Shown piece after piece: positions 29,551 through 39,905 of a stretch of DNA of 64,000 bases. A program made the translations under genes and the position numbers. The notes below the pieces were generated by a model. The model did not search any database. It was not told the origin of the DNA and saw only the letters and a program-made list of their open reading frames with translations. The DNA is taken from assembly GCA_009929715.1 (NCBI GenBank), contig RZZX01000001.1:36838-100837 (forward strand), given 5' to 3'. The number at the start of each line of letters is the position of its first letter. Position 1 is the stretch's first letter. The DNA is from Bacteroidia bacterium. GTDB taxonomy: Bacteria > Bacteroidota > Bacteroidia > Bacteroidales > Bacteroidaceae.

Positions 29551-30704
29551 GACTCTTCAAATTCCTCCTCTTCATATTCATAATCCAAGTCGTCATCATC
29601 CTCCTCTTCATATTCATACTCGATATCAATATCTTCACCCATATCTTTGAGCTCTTCTTGAAGTCTACTCACATCTTTCGGACGGTGCACAATGGCTTCA
29701 ATCTGATTACTTTCCTTATTCAACTCTATCCAAAGCATATCCTTCAAATCGGAAATTCCTAAGCCCGTAATTGATGAGATAAAGAGATGCGGTACCTCTT
29801 CAGGAAGCGTTGGTTCAATTTCAGCCATCAACTCCTCGTCGAGCATATCGCTTTTAGTGATCGCCAACACCCGTTGTTTATCAAGCATCTCCGGGTTGAA
29901 CGTCTTCAACTCATTCAGTAAGATGTCATACTCTTTGCGGATATCATCACTGTCGGCAGGTACCATAAACAGCAACAACGAGTTGCGTTCAATGTGACGC
30001 AAGAAACGCAATCCGAGTCCTCTTCCGCCGCTTGCTCCTTCGATAATACCAGGAATATCGGCCATCACAAACGACTTACCACCGTGATAAGAGACAATAC
30101 CCAAGTTGGGTTCAAGCGTCGTAAATGGATAATCCGCAATTTTCGGTTTAGCTGCCGATACAGCCGACAACAAGGTCGATTTACCAGCATTAGGGAATCC
30201 TACCAAACCTACATCCGCTAGAAGTTTCAACTCCATAATGACAGTCATTTCCTGCATCGGCTCACCCGGTTGAGCGAAACGCGGTGCCTGACGAGTAGCT
30301 GTCTTAAAATGAGAGTTGCCTAACCCCCCACGGCCACCTTTCAGCAAGACCACTTCTTGTCCATCGTCTGTCACGTCACAGATATATTCTCCCGTCTCAG
30401 CATTATAAACCACAGTTCCACAAGGCACTTCAATCACTTTATCTGCCCCATCTTTACCGAAACTACGGTTTTTACTACCCGACTCTCCGTGACCTGCCAT
30501 CGCATGACGGTCGAACTTCAAGTGAAGCAACGTCCAGTAATTACGATTACCACGCAAGATAATATGGCCTCCTCTACCGCCATCGCCCCCATCAGGGCCA
30601 CCGTTTGGACAATATTTCTCGCGCCTCATATGCGTAGAGCCTCTTCCACCCTTACCAGAGCGGCAGTATATCTTTACGTAGTCAACAAAATTCGATTCAG
30701 CCAT
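29547..30704 (-). CDS. obgE: GTPase ObgE
   Basis: Gly-rich Obg fold GGPDGGDGG; [21 protein letters not shown]. Confidence 0.97.
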   Translation of the reverse strand: MAESNFVDYVKIYCRSGKGGRGSTHMRREKYCPNGGPDGGDGGRGGHIILRGNRNYWTLLHLKFDRHAMAGHGESGSKNRSFGKDGADKVIEVPCGTVVYNAETGEYICDVTDDGQEVVLLKGGRGGLGNSHFKTATRQAPRFAQPGEPMQEMTVIMELKLLADVGLVGFPNAGKSTLLSAVSAAKPKIADYPFTTLEPNLGIVSYHGGKSFVMADIPGIIEGASGGRGLGLRFLRHIERNSLLLFMVPADSDDIRKEYDILLNELKTFNPEMLDKQRVLAITKSDMLDEELMAEIEPTLPEEVPHLFISSITGLGISDLKDMLWIELNKESNQIEAIVHRPKDVSRLQEELKDMGEDIDIEYEYEEEDDDDLDYEYEEEEFEES

Positions 30705-30812
30705 AGTTATTAAAAATTTAAAAATGAATTAGAATTAGACAAATCGTCGGTGACCAACAACCTTTTAAGGGTTCTTCGCCACCGACTGTTATATGTTCAC
30801 GTATACAACGAA

Positions 30813-31382
30813 TCAAATTGCGTCGATCGCGCTACAAATATCGGAAAAAATTCCGTCCATTGTACCCAATCCATTGATATGTTGATACTGACCCTCTTTT
30901 TTATACCAATCGATCAGCGGTGAAGTCTGTGAATGATACACCACCAAACGTTTCTTAATAGTCTCCTCATTGTCATCGGCACGTCCCGACTCTTGACCAC
31001 GCTTAATCAAACGAGTCATCAACTCCTCTTCTGGCACATCCAAATCGAGCATAATTGAGACTGCTTGTCCTCTTTCGGCCAACATCACCTTTAACGCTTC
31101 AGCCTGTGCAATGGTACGTGGGAAACCATCGAAGATAACCCCTTTACTATCAGTAAAGCTATCGAATACGCTAGCTAAGATATCAATCATCAGCGCATCC
31201 GGAATAAGTTGCCCCTGATCAATGTAACTTTTTGCTGTTTTACCTAGTTCTGTACCGTTCTTTATTTCTGCACGCAACACATCTCCTGTCGAGATGTGAT
31301 TGATGCCGTATTTTTCTACAATACGTTCGCTTTGTGTTCCTTTTCCTGATCCCGGAGCACCAAAAATAACAATGTTCAACAT
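30813..31382 (-). CDS. adk: Adenylate kinase (short form)
   Basis: GAPGSGKGTQ, STGDVLR, DGFPRT, RADD. Confidence 0.96.
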   Translation of the reverse strand: MLNIVIFGAPGSGKGTQSERIVEKYGINHISTGDVLRAEIKNGTELGKTAKSYIDQGQLIPDALMIDILASVFDSFTDSKGVIFDGFPRTIAQAEALKVMLAERGQAVSIMLDLDVPEEELMTRLIKRGQESGRADDNEETIKKRLVVYHSQTSPLIDWYKKEGQYQHINGLGTMDGIFSDICSAIDAI

Positions 31383-31496
31383 CTTTTTATTTAATTAGAA
31401 TTACAACCTATAAAAAAACAAATACGTCCTGACACACAAACACACCCCACCCCACTACCCTAAAGAAGTCAAAGGTGGAGCTCCTTGCGTAATAAT

Positions 31497-32033
31497 TTAT
31501 TCTACAACAGTATAAATATCCGGATAATTACGTCCGAATCCATCATAATCGAGCCCATAGCCCACAATAAAATCATTGGGGATATTCATGGCAACATATT
31601 CAATATTCAAATCGACCTTTAATTTTTCAGGCTTAACTAATAAAGAAGCAATATGAATCTCTTCCGGGCTACGCGTACCAAGCGTTTCTAATAGACGCTG
31701 CATCGTTAATCCAGTATCTACAATATCCTCCACAATCACCACCGTCCGTCCGGTAATATCCTCGTTCAAGCCGATCACCTCTTTTATGATTCCAGAAGAA
31801 GTGACTCCCTGATAAGAAGCCAACTTAACAAATGATATTTCACAGGGGATAGTAATATGTTTCATCAAATCGGCTGTAAACATAAACGAGCCATTAAGAA
31901 CACTCAGAAACAAGGGATTCTTGCCTGCTAAGTCTCTATTGATTTCGTTCGCTACGCGAATCACTTCTTTTAAGATGTCCTGCTCTTTTATCGAAACAGC
32001 AAATTTTTTGTCTTTTATCTGTATGGTATTCAT
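31497..32033 (-). CDS. hpt: Hypoxanthine phosphoribosyltransferase
   Basis: VLNGSFMF, IVEDIVDTGLT, FIVGYGLDY. Confidence 0.95.
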   Translation of the reverse strand: MNTIQIKDKKFAVSIKEQDILKEVIRVANEINRDLAGKNPLFLSVLNGSFMFTADLMKHITIPCEISFVKLASYQGVTSSGIIKEVIGLNEDITGRTVVIVEDIVDTGLTMQRLLETLGTRSPEEIHIASLLVKPEKLKVDLNIEYVAMNIPNDFIVGYGLDYDGFGRNYPDIYTVVE

Positions 32034-32239
32034 AACCGTATTTTTAAAAAAGTTGCCGCAAAAATACGATTTTTATTCCATTTCAGAGAGCATCTCACAC
32101 ATTTTCTTTCAAAATAAGTGTCAACAAATAACAGATTTGTCTATCATAGAAACCTTATTTAAAGGTTTTTCAAAACATCGTTATTGATTCATCGGGTTTA
32201 TGATTATCTTTGTGGTTTAAATATAAAAAGACAATTGCA

Positions 32240-33751
32240 ATGAAAATATTTACTTGTAGCAACATAAAACGCCTCGATGCTTACACCATTGAAAACGAAC
32301 CCATTGCATCGATCGATTTAATGGAACGTGCAGCACAAGCACTCACAACCGCTATCACCGAAAGATGGGATACCAGCCGGCCGGTCACCGTCTTTGCCGG
32401 ACCAGGCAATAATGGTGGCGATGCACTTGCCGTAGCGCGTATGATGGCCGAAAAAGGGTATAAACTAGCAGTGTACTTGTTTAACCCTAAAGGAGAACTC
32501 TCCGAAGATTGTCAGATCAATAAAGAGCTGATTGAAATGGTAGAAGAGGTCGACTTTCACGAAATTAGCACCCAGTTCACTCCCCCTAAGTTGACCGCCG
32601 ATCACTTGATTATCGATGGACTCTTTGGGTCGGGACTCAACAAACCTCTCAGTGGCGGTTTTGCAGCAGTAGTGAAGTATATCAATGTCTCGCCAGGCAC
32701 CGTGATAGCGATTGATATGCCCTCTGGATTAATGGGTGAAGAGAACACGTTCAATGTCAAAAACCACATCGTTCGAGCCAATATAACGTTCAGTTTACAA
32801 TTGCCCAAATTAGCTTTTCTCTTTGCCGAGAACCGCGAGTTTGTAGGAGAATGGGACATTCTAGATATTCAGTTGAGCGAAGACGGAATAGAAGAGCTTG
32901 ATACAAATTATGAAATTCTAGAGCCAGACGACATCCGGTTTCTTGTTAAAACCAGAAACCGATTTGCCCACAAAGGCGATTTCGGGCACGCCCTACTCAT
33001 AGCCGGTTCGAAAGGCATGGCCGGTAGTTCCATCCTAGGCGCGCAAGCTTGCCTGCGTTCAGGAGTCGGTTTGCTTACAGTCCATGCTCCAGAGATGAAT
33101 CGGACCATCTTACAAGCAACTGTTCCGGAAGCGATGGTTTATACGACCATGAGCCACGCCCACTTTGCGGTGCCCATAGATACCGAAAACTACCAAGCAG
33201 TAGGTATCGGCCCCGGTTTAGGACAGCACGAAGAGACCGAAGATGCGTTGTTGGAACAGCTCACGATCTGTCAGTGTCCAATGGTACTCGATGCCGATGC
33301 CCTGAATATCTTGGCCAATCATCGCCACGCATTAACCCATCTTCCTAAAGAATCTATTTTAACGCCACATCCCAAAGAACTGGAACGCTTAGTTGGCAAG
33401 TGCGAAGACTCTTATGAGCGACTGACCAAAGCTTGCGAACTGGCACAAAGCGGCAACATGTACATTGTGCTGAAAGGAGCCTACTCAACCATTATCACCC
33501 CCGAAGGAAAATGTTATTTCAACTCTACCGGAAACCCAGGAATGGCCACAGCTGGTAGTGGCGATGTACTCACCGGAGTCATTCTATCCCTACTCGCTCA
33601 AGGCTATCAAGCGAAAGAAGCCGCTATTATCGGCACCTATGTGCATGGTTTAGCAGGTGATATGGCAAAGAAAAAGCTAGGTACTACCGGACTGATTGCC
33701 GGTGATCTAGTGACCTATCTACCGATCGCTTGGCGCTTAGTAAGCGAATAA
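32240..33751 (+). CDS. nnr: Bifunctional NAD(P)H-hydrate epimerase/dehydratase
   Basis: LMERA, GPGNNGGD, DMPSG, HKGDFG, DADAL, TPHPKE, GSGDVL; start taken at ATG 32240. Confidence 0.93.
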   Translation: MKIFTCSNIKRLDAYTIENEPIASIDLMERAAQALTTAITERWDTSRPVTVFAGPGNNGGDALAVARMMAEKGYKLAVYLFNPKGELSEDCQINKELIEMVEEVDFHEISTQFTPPKLTADHLIIDGLFGSGLNKPLSGGFAAVVKYINVSPGTVIAIDMPSGLMGEENTFNVKNHIVRANITFSLQLPKLAFLFAENREFVGEWDILDIQLSEDGIEELDTNYEILEPDDIRFLVKTRNRFAHKGDFGHALLIAGSKGMAGSSILGAQACLRSGVGLLTVHAPEMNRTILQATVPEAMVYTTMSHAHFAVPIDTENYQAVGIGPGLGQHEETEDALLEQLTICQCPMVLDADALNILANHRHALTHLPKESILTPHPKELERLVGKCEDSYERLTKACELAQSGNMYIVLKGAYSTIITPEGKCYFNSTGNPGMATAGSGDVLTGVILSLLAQGYQAKEAAIIGTYVHGLAGDMAKKKLGTTGLIAGDLVTYLPIAWRLVSE

Positions 33752-33825
33752 ACGTTAAGAAGCTAAGGTTTTACCAATATCTTCACTAACTTTGTTGTCG
33801 AAAAATCCCGTAAAATGAACCGAAT

Positions 33826-34887
33826 ATGAAACGACTAATCCTCATGACCGGACTCTTAATGGCTACTTCTGCCTATGCACAAACCGAAGTAGTAACCGGC
33901 ATTACACGTGGAAAAGATTATGGTGTAGTTTACACACTTCCTAAAACGCAATTGGACATTGAAATCAAGGCCAATAAGATCAGTTACACTCCCGGAGAAT
34001 TTTGCAAATACGCCGACCGCTATTTGCGCCTTTCCAAGGTATCGGCCGATGCTGAAGTTTACTGGGAGTTGAAGGAGATCACCGTAAAATCTGTGGGAGT
34101 TCCAAACAGTGAACAAACCTATTTTGTGAAACTTAAAGATAAGACCGTTGCCCCCCTGATAGAGCTCACATCAGATGGATTAATAAAATCCATTAATGTG
34201 CCGTACAGCCACCAAACAACGCCATTGGTTCCACTCCAAAAAGCCAAAGCAACCAAAGCAAACCCTAAAGAGTTCCTCACAGAAGAGATTTTAATGGCAA
34301 ACTCTACGGCTAAAATGGCCGAATTGGTTGCTAAAGAGATTTATAACATACGCGAAAGCAAAAATGCCCTTCTACGTGGACAAGCCGACAACACGCCACA
34401 AGACGGGGCACAACTGAAAATCATGCTCGACAACCTAAACATTCAGGAAGAAGCCATGACCGAAATGTTTTCAGGGACACGCCTTGTAGAAGAGAAAAGC
34501 TTCAAGATTAGCCTGACTCCCAATCAGGAAGTTGAAAATCAAATAGCTTTCCGATTCTCAAAGAAGCTCGGCATAGTAGAAGAAAATGATTTAGCAGGTG
34601 AACCTTATTACATCAGTATCAAAGATTTAAAATCCATCGCCTTGCCAGCAGAAGACGGCAAAAAGAAAAAGACAGAAGGAATTGCTTACAATGTACCTGG
34701 TAAAGCTTTAGTATCTATATCGGACGGGAAAAAAGTCATCATGAAAGAGGAACTTCCAGTCACTCAATTTGGCTCTTTAGAATACTTAGCACCGGTTCTG
34801 TTTAATAAAAAATCGACTATTCAAGTCCTATTCGATCCTAACACAGGCGGATTGATCAAAGTCGATCAGGCAGAAACGTCAGAGTAG
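33826..34887 (+). CDS. Exported protein, DUF4831-like
   Basis: Signal peptide; VYTLPKT...YADRYL; IYNIRES; family name from recognition only. Confidence 0.65.
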   Translation: MKRLILMTGLLMATSAYAQTEVVTGITRGKDYGVVYTLPKTQLDIEIKANKISYTPGEFCKYADRYLRLSKVSADAEVYWELKEITVKSVGVPNSEQTYFVKLKDKTVAPLIELTSDGLIKSINVPYSHQTTPLVPLQKAKATKANPKEFLTEEILMANSTAKMAELVAKEIYNIRESKNALLRGQADNTPQDGAQLKIMLDNLNIQEEAMTEMFSGTRLVEEKSFKISLTPNQEVENQIAFRFSKKLGIVEENDLAGEPYYISIKDLKSIALPAEDGKKKKTEGIAYNVPGKALVSISDGKKVIMKEELPVTQFGSLEYLAPVLFNKKSTIQVLFDPNTGGLIKVDQAETSE

Positions 34888-34904
34888 ATAACCCACACCT
34901 CTAT

Positions 34905-34950
34905 TAAAAGCCTCTCCCTATTCTTCCTTGAGAACAGAGAGAGGCTTTTA
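34905..34950. terminator. Bidirectional terminator between convergent genes
   Basis: TAAAAGCCTCTC / GAGAGGCTTTTA inverted repeat. Confidence 0.65.
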
Positions 34951-34961
34951 AGCATGAAGCA

Positions 34962-35306
34962 CTAGACACCAAATTCTATCAACCGGTCTTTTTGAAGTTG
35001 ATAGATATAAGTTACCACACGAGATTCGTAATCGGGTTCATTCTGAAAGTGCTCTGAAAGCTTTTCAATAATCTCCCTCACACTATTCCTACCATTGATT
35101 TGTTGCCAAACAGCTGTTCCATGTGTCTCTAAAACAATAGAGATAACCGGACTCATCCCTTTAGGTAAAAACAGAGCCATCCATCGCCGTTTAAAACGAG
35201 GAAAGGCGATAACCACTTTATCGCCTTCCTGCTTCGTTTCTACATGCGAAGAACGGAAAGGAATTATATCCAGTATATTTACTTTCACATTCTTTTTTGA
35301 GTACAT
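34962..35306 (-). CDS. PqqD-family (RRE-like) small protein
   Basis: LETHGTAVWQQING..SVREIIEKLSEHF...YIYQLQKDRLI pattern. Confidence 0.7.
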   Translation of the reverse strand: MYSKKNVKVNILDIIPFRSSHVETKQEGDKVVIAFPRFKRRWMALFLPKGMSPVISIVLETHGTAVWQQINGRNSVREIIEKLSEHFQNEPDYESRVVTYIYQLQKDRLIEFGV

Positions 35307-35311
35307 TCTAA

Positions 35312-36739
35312 TTAATCTTTTATGTTGGGCAACTCCAATCCGTACCCTTTTTTCTTATCTTCTGCTTTTAACCAAACGCCTAATAAAAGAGCAACAACCC
35401 CCAAAGAAGCAAAGAGAAGCATAGGCGCTGTATAATTATATTCTAACGGATTTGTGACCCCTGGATTAGTACCTTGCAACACAGCCCCAATAATCATCGG
35501 GAAAGCATATAGACCGATGTTTTGGATCCAAAAGATAGCAGCATAAGCCGAACCCAACAACCGATTGTCGACCAATTTAGGCACTGAAGGCCAAAGTGAA
35601 GCAGGCACTAGAGAAAAGGAAATACCCAAGAAAACAATTCCCACATAAGCTACTATCGGAGATTTTGTCATAGGTAAAAGCAAAGCAAATGACAAGTGAC
35701 ATCCAATCATTAATAAGGCTCCCAAAATTAACATGCTTGCCCCTTTTCCTCTACGATCAAGGAAGTTACCTAAGAAAGGAGTAATAGCGGCTGCTCCCAG
35801 AGGGAAGACAAAGAATATTTTCCCAGCTTGTTCAGCGCTATAACCTAAATTACATTGCAACATGTTGATGGCGTATTTCTGGAAAGGGAAGATAGCCGAA
35901 TAGTAGAGTAAACAGAGTAAAGCAACAAGCCAAAACACCTTTGACGAGAAAATACACTTTAAATCACTCAACTTAAACGGATCCTCTTTCTCCTCATCAT
36001 TCTCGCCCAGTTCATTCTCCAACTTCTTATCCATAAAAGCATAACAGATAAAAGAGATCAGTCCGATCAACAAAAGAAGAACAGCAACAGCCACCGGACG
36101 TTCCACGCTAACTGGCTTCATAGAAGCCAAAAATGGAGAACCTAAAACAACAACCGCCACACCAATACGCGCAATAGCCATTTCAACGCCCATAGCCAAA
36201 GCCATCTCTTTGCCTTTAAACCACTTCACAATACCACGAGACACCGTAATACCAGCCATCTCAACACCACAACCGAAAAACATAAAACCGATAGCAGAAA
36301 GTTTAGCAGAAGCAGGCATTCCTTCAAAGAAAGGAGTGATGTTCCACCAAGCTAAAGGTAAATTCATGAAATTATTCATAAAGCTCTCTGCAGGGCTTCC
36401 TTGGAAAAGGTTCGATACAGCATAATAATTGATCGCTGCTCCCGCCACCATCACAATTCCAGATAAAATAGCCGTAAAACGGACCCCCATCTTATCTAAA
36501 ATAATTCCGGCAAAAATCAAGAAAAAGACAAATACATTCAGAAAAGTTTCCGAACCAGCATAACGTCCATAAGCCATGGGGTCCCAGCCTCTTTGTGTTT
36601 GTAAGATCTCTTGCAATGGAGATAAGATATCCATAAATATATACCCAAAAAACATGGCAGATGCCAATAAGACTAAGGCAGTCCAGCGTGCTACCTTCGA
36701 TTCGCGCAAACTTTGACGAACAGTATTCGTTGATGTCAT
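35312..36739 (-). CDS. MFS transporter
   Basis: About 12 hydrophobic segments; GIILDKMGVR and GNFLDRRG loop motifs. Confidence 0.9.
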   Translation of the reverse strand: MTSTNTVRQSLRESKVARWTALVLLASAMFFGYIFMDILSPLQEILQTQRGWDPMAYGRYAGSETFLNVFVFFLIFAGIILDKMGVRFTAILSGIVMVAGAAINYYAVSNLFQGSPAESFMNNFMNLPLAWWNITPFFEGMPASAKLSAIGFMFFGCGVEMAGITVSRGIVKWFKGKEMALAMGVEMAIARIGVAVVVLGSPFLASMKPVSVERPVAVAVLLLLIGLISFICYAFMDKKLENELGENDEEKEDPFKLSDLKCIFSSKVFWLVALLCLLYYSAIFPFQKYAINMLQCNLGYSAEQAGKIFFVFPLGAAAITPFLGNFLDRRGKGASMLILGALLMIGCHLSFALLLPMTKSPIVAYVGIVFLGISFSLVPASLWPSVPKLVDNRLLGSAYAAIFWIQNIGLYAFPMIIGAVLQGTNPGVTNPLEYNYTAPMLLFASLGVVALLLGVWLKAEDKKKGYGLELPNIKD

Positions 36740-36896
36740 TTTTATAAATTGAAAGGTTAATAATAAAAGTTATAATTGACAAAAATAAGGATTAATAAAA
36801 ATTAATCCGCATCTTTTCTGTTTTTTTCTAAAAGAAACACGGCATAAACTTTAAAAAAAAGAGAAAACAAGAAACCAAAACCTCATTAAAAACCAA

Positions 36897-36940
36897 AAGA
36901 GATCGCTACTCGTTTATATTAAAACGAGTAGCGACCTCTT
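36897..36940 (-). terminator. Terminator downstream of secG
   Basis: TCGCTACTCGTTT / AAACGAGTAGCGA stem. Confidence 0.7.
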
Positions 36941-36964
36941 TAGAACTTATAATTACGAACCGAA

Positions 36965-37330
36965 TTACTTAGCAGAATCGGCAGGTGCCGACGTTGCTGG
37001 AGTTGTAGCAGCTTTAGGTGCAGCAGTACCAGCAGGCAAGTTGTAAGGATTCGTTTTTTCTTCTTTTTGAGCTTGCTCTAACAAAGCATCTTGTGCTTTT
37101 GTTGAACCAGTAGGAACAACATAAGCTGTTGCAATACTCATTACTACCATAAAAACAGCCAATCCCCAAGTTAATTTTTCCAAAGTATCAGTTGTTTTAC
37201 GTACTCCCATAATTGCATTTGACGAAGAGAATTCAGAAGACAAACCTCCGCCTTTAGAATTCTGAATAAGTACAATGAAGCACATAAACAAGGCTGCAAT
37301 AACCATTAAGATAACGAATAGTAAATACAT
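36965..37330 (-). CDS. secG: Preprotein translocase subunit SecG
   Basis: VLIQNSKGGGL, LEKLTW, two transmembrane segments. Confidence 0.92.
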   Translation of the reverse strand: MYLLFVILMVIAALFMCFIVLIQNSKGGGLSSEFSSSNAIMGVRKTTDTLEKLTWGLAVFMVVMSIATAYVVPTGSTKAQDALLEQAQKEEKTNPYNLPAGTAAPKAATTPATSAPADSAK

Positions 37331-37335
37331 TTTTG

Positions 37336-38145
37336 TTATTTTGATTTAGCGTTAATAATCAATTTCTCTAAAAACCTAATTTGATCCGCAAAGTAAGCAT
37401 TTTTTTTTGGATATTTCAAACTTAATTTTTTAATAATTTCGAGTGCCTTAGCATATCTTTGCTGTTTAATGTATATTTTAGCTAAAGTTTCGGTAAAACA
37501 GCTATCATCTTCTTCATCAACTAGAAGCGTTCCCTCTTCCGAATCCTCGGTTGAGGAGCTGTTCACCTTTGCAGGCTCATTCCCATCTGGCACTGCCGGA
37601 GACGTTGCACTCAATGGCTCCGATGAAAGTTGAGGTAAATCGTCACTCTTCTCTAAAAAAAGATCGATCAACGTTTGCCCTCGGAGTTGTGGCACCTCCT
37701 CTTCTTTTTCCTCCTCAACGGTTGCAGGATCTTCTTTAGTAAACAGAAAATCGGTATAATCAGTCACATAATCGAGTTCCGTTTGCAAGGTAACCTCTTC
37801 CGGTTGTTCGGAGAGGAAAGCACTGATAAGCGCCATTGTCCTATCGACCGATGGCTCATCGGCCGATGCCAAAGCTCCCCCTGTGCCACTCTTCTGAGAT
37901 GAAAGGATGTAATTTCCCCCCTCAATCTGCTGAAACAACTTCCGTCTATCGGCCACAAAAAGGGCACTCTTCTGCAACTCACTTCCCAAAGTCACATCAT
38001 GAAGAAGATACAAATTTTGAAGATAAAGCAACCGCAAAGATTGAAAGTACGGATAGCGATTAATCAAAAGCCGTAATTCATATAGACTATTCCGATCTAA
38101 GAGTTCAGGATGCTGAATCCATTGCTGTAAATTAACAAAAGCCAT
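37336..38145 (-). CDS. Conserved hypothetical protein with C-terminal TPR-like segment
   Basis: YPYFQ N-terminal motif; TETLAKIYIKQQRYAKAL...YFADQI. Confidence 0.75.
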   Translation of the reverse strand: MAFVNLQQWIQHPELLDRNSLYELRLLINRYPYFQSLRLLYLQNLYLLHDVTLGSELQKSALFVADRRKLFQQIEGGNYILSSQKSGTGGALASADEPSVDRTMALISAFLSEQPEEVTLQTELDYVTDYTDFLFTKEDPATVEEEKEEEVPQLRGQTLIDLFLEKSDDLPQLSSEPLSATSPAVPDGNEPAKVNSSSTEDSEEGTLLVDEEDDSCFTETLAKIYIKQQRYAKALEIIKKLSLKYPKKNAYFADQIRFLEKLIINAKSK

Positions 38146-38152
38146 TGATTAC

Positions 38153-38674
38153 CTACCAGTTTGCTACCGTCGCATTAAAAATTTGATCCGTAATTTCTTT
38201 ACTCATCTCCGCAATTAAGCCATCTTGCACAGCTGTAAGCAACTGTTTAGAGTCGTACGTTCGAAACGCAGTAAACTGCCGTTCAAAATCTTCATTATGA
38301 TTCGTGTTGTTTACGAAGCGCACATTGACCGTTATTGTCAGCTTGGTTTCAGAAGAATAGCCATCACCCGAGACAGCTTGATTATACTGATTATACCCCG
38401 TAATCTCCCCTTCAATCTGCAAGTCGGCATTTTGTTTCACCAAGCGCAAGCGCGTTTGTCGCACAAAAATATCCTTCAAATCTTCATTAAACTTCGTACC
38501 CAAAGGTGCATAAACATACTCTGACTTAATAGGAAAATCAGCAATAGAGATCGTTTTCACCTTATCATAATTAATAGACGATCCGTTAAATTTATAAGAA
38601 ACCGTACATGCCAAGACAAGTAGCGGGAATAGTCCCCACAAGCAGAGACGAGCTATTTTGTTAATCCAACCCAT
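38153..38674 (-). CDS. lptE: LptE-family lipoprotein
   Basis: Lipobox VLAC; DLQIEGEITGY; LTITVNVRF; QIFN. Confidence 0.72.
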   Translation of the reverse strand: MGWINKIARLCLWGLFPLLVLACTVSYKFNGSSINYDKVKTISIADFPIKSEYVYAPLGTKFNEDLKDIFVRQTRLRLVKQNADLQIEGEITGYNQYNQAVSGDGYSSETKLTITVNVRFVNNTNHNEDFERQFTAFRTYDSKQLLTAVQDGLIAEMSKEITDQIFNATVANW

Positions 38675-39881
38675 ATTCTTTAATTTTTCTATATAATGTA
38701 CGCTCGGAAATATTTAGATCTTTCGCTGCATTTTTCCGTTTGCCGTGGTGCTTTTCCAAAGCTTTTTTAATCATCTCCCTTTCGACCTCATCGAGCGACA
38801 GCGACTCTTCTACATACTCTTCCGTATCTTGAATATCATCATCCTCATTGGTTGCCTTAACAGCCTGAACAGAATGAATAATAGCTGGTACGGCCGACTG
38901 ACGTTCCATGGGTGCAACCTGCGTGGGAGTCCCTTCACTGTGCTCATTTTCCATCAAGTTATGAACCATTTTCTTTAGCTCCGCAACCTCTTTTCGCATA
39001 TCAAAAAGGATGGAATAAAGAATTTCACGTTCACTCTCAAAGCCCTTACCGTCACGATGTGCACCTGCCAACGCAGGTAAACGCTGAGTATCTTGGTCTG
39101 GCAAGTAAATCTGCAAGATAGGTGCATTGATATCTCGATTCGTTTCGATGATCGATATCTGTTCTGTGATATTCTTCAATTGACGCACGTTGCCCGGCCA
39201 AGAGTAAGAGATTAAAAGCTGCTTAGCATCTTCGGTCAGCTGAATAGCCGGCATACGGTATTTCTCCGCAAAGTCCGATGCAAACTTCCGAAACAGAAGC
39301 ACCACATCACCACCCCGTTCGCGCAAAGGCGGAATCTGAATGGGCACCGTATTGAGTCGATAAAATAGATCCTCCCGGAATCGCCCTTCAGAAATAGCCT
39401 TCAGCAGCCGCACATTCGTTGCCGCCACAATACGCACATCCGTCTTCTGTACTTTAGACGACCCCACTTTTATAAACTCCCCTGTCTCTAAAACACGCAA
39501 TAAGCGCGCCTGCGTAGACATAGGCAACTCTCCCACCTCATCCAAAAAAATCGTTCCACCATCTGCCTCACCAAAATAACCTTTACGTTCACCTATAGCT
39601 CCAGTAAAAGCCCCTTTCTCGTGTCCGAAAAGTTCCGAGTCAATCGTTCCTTCCGGAATAGCACCACAGTTCACCGCAATGTATTGTCCATGCTTCCGGC
39701 GACTATATTGATGAATGATCTGAGGAAAGCTCTCTTTTCCGACACCACTTTCTCCAGTTATAAGTACAGACAAATCGGTGGGAGCTACTTGAATAGCAAT
39801 ATCGATAGCACGTAACAAACCCTCGGTATTACCAATAATACCAAATCTCAATTTGACTTGTTGTATCTCCGCTTTTGTCAT
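38661..39881 (-). CDS. Sigma-54-interaction (AAA+) Fis-family regulator
   Basis: GESGVGKE, ELFGHEKGAFTGA, FLDEVGE, WPGNVRQL, C-terminal HTH. Confidence 0.93.
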   Translation of the reverse strand: MTKAEIQQVKLRFGIIGNTEGLLRAIDIAIQVAPTDLSVLITGESGVGKESFPQIIHQYSRRKHGQYIAVNCGAIPEGTIDSELFGHEKGAFTGAIGERKGYFGEADGGTIFLDEVGELPMSTQARLLRVLETGEFIKVGSSKVQKTDVRIVAATNVRLLKAISEGRFREDLFYRLNTVPIQIPPLRERGGDVVLLFRKFASDFAEKYRMPAIQLTEDAKQLLISYSWPGNVRQLKNITEQISIIETNRDINAPILQIYLPDQDTQRLPALAGAHRDGKGFESEREILYSILFDMRKEVAELKKMVHNLMENEHSEGTPTQVAPMERQSAVPAIIHSVQAVKATNEDDDIQDTEEYVEESLSLDEVEREMIKKALEKHHGKRKNAAKDLNISERTLYRKIKEYGLD

Positions 39882-39905
39882 AACAACATCAACCTTCTTT
39901 TTTAT

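Noticed and set aside
29547-29640. Repeated acidic tail of ObgE (YEYEEE twice)
   Set aside because: Low-complexity acidic C-terminal tails are ordinary for ObgE
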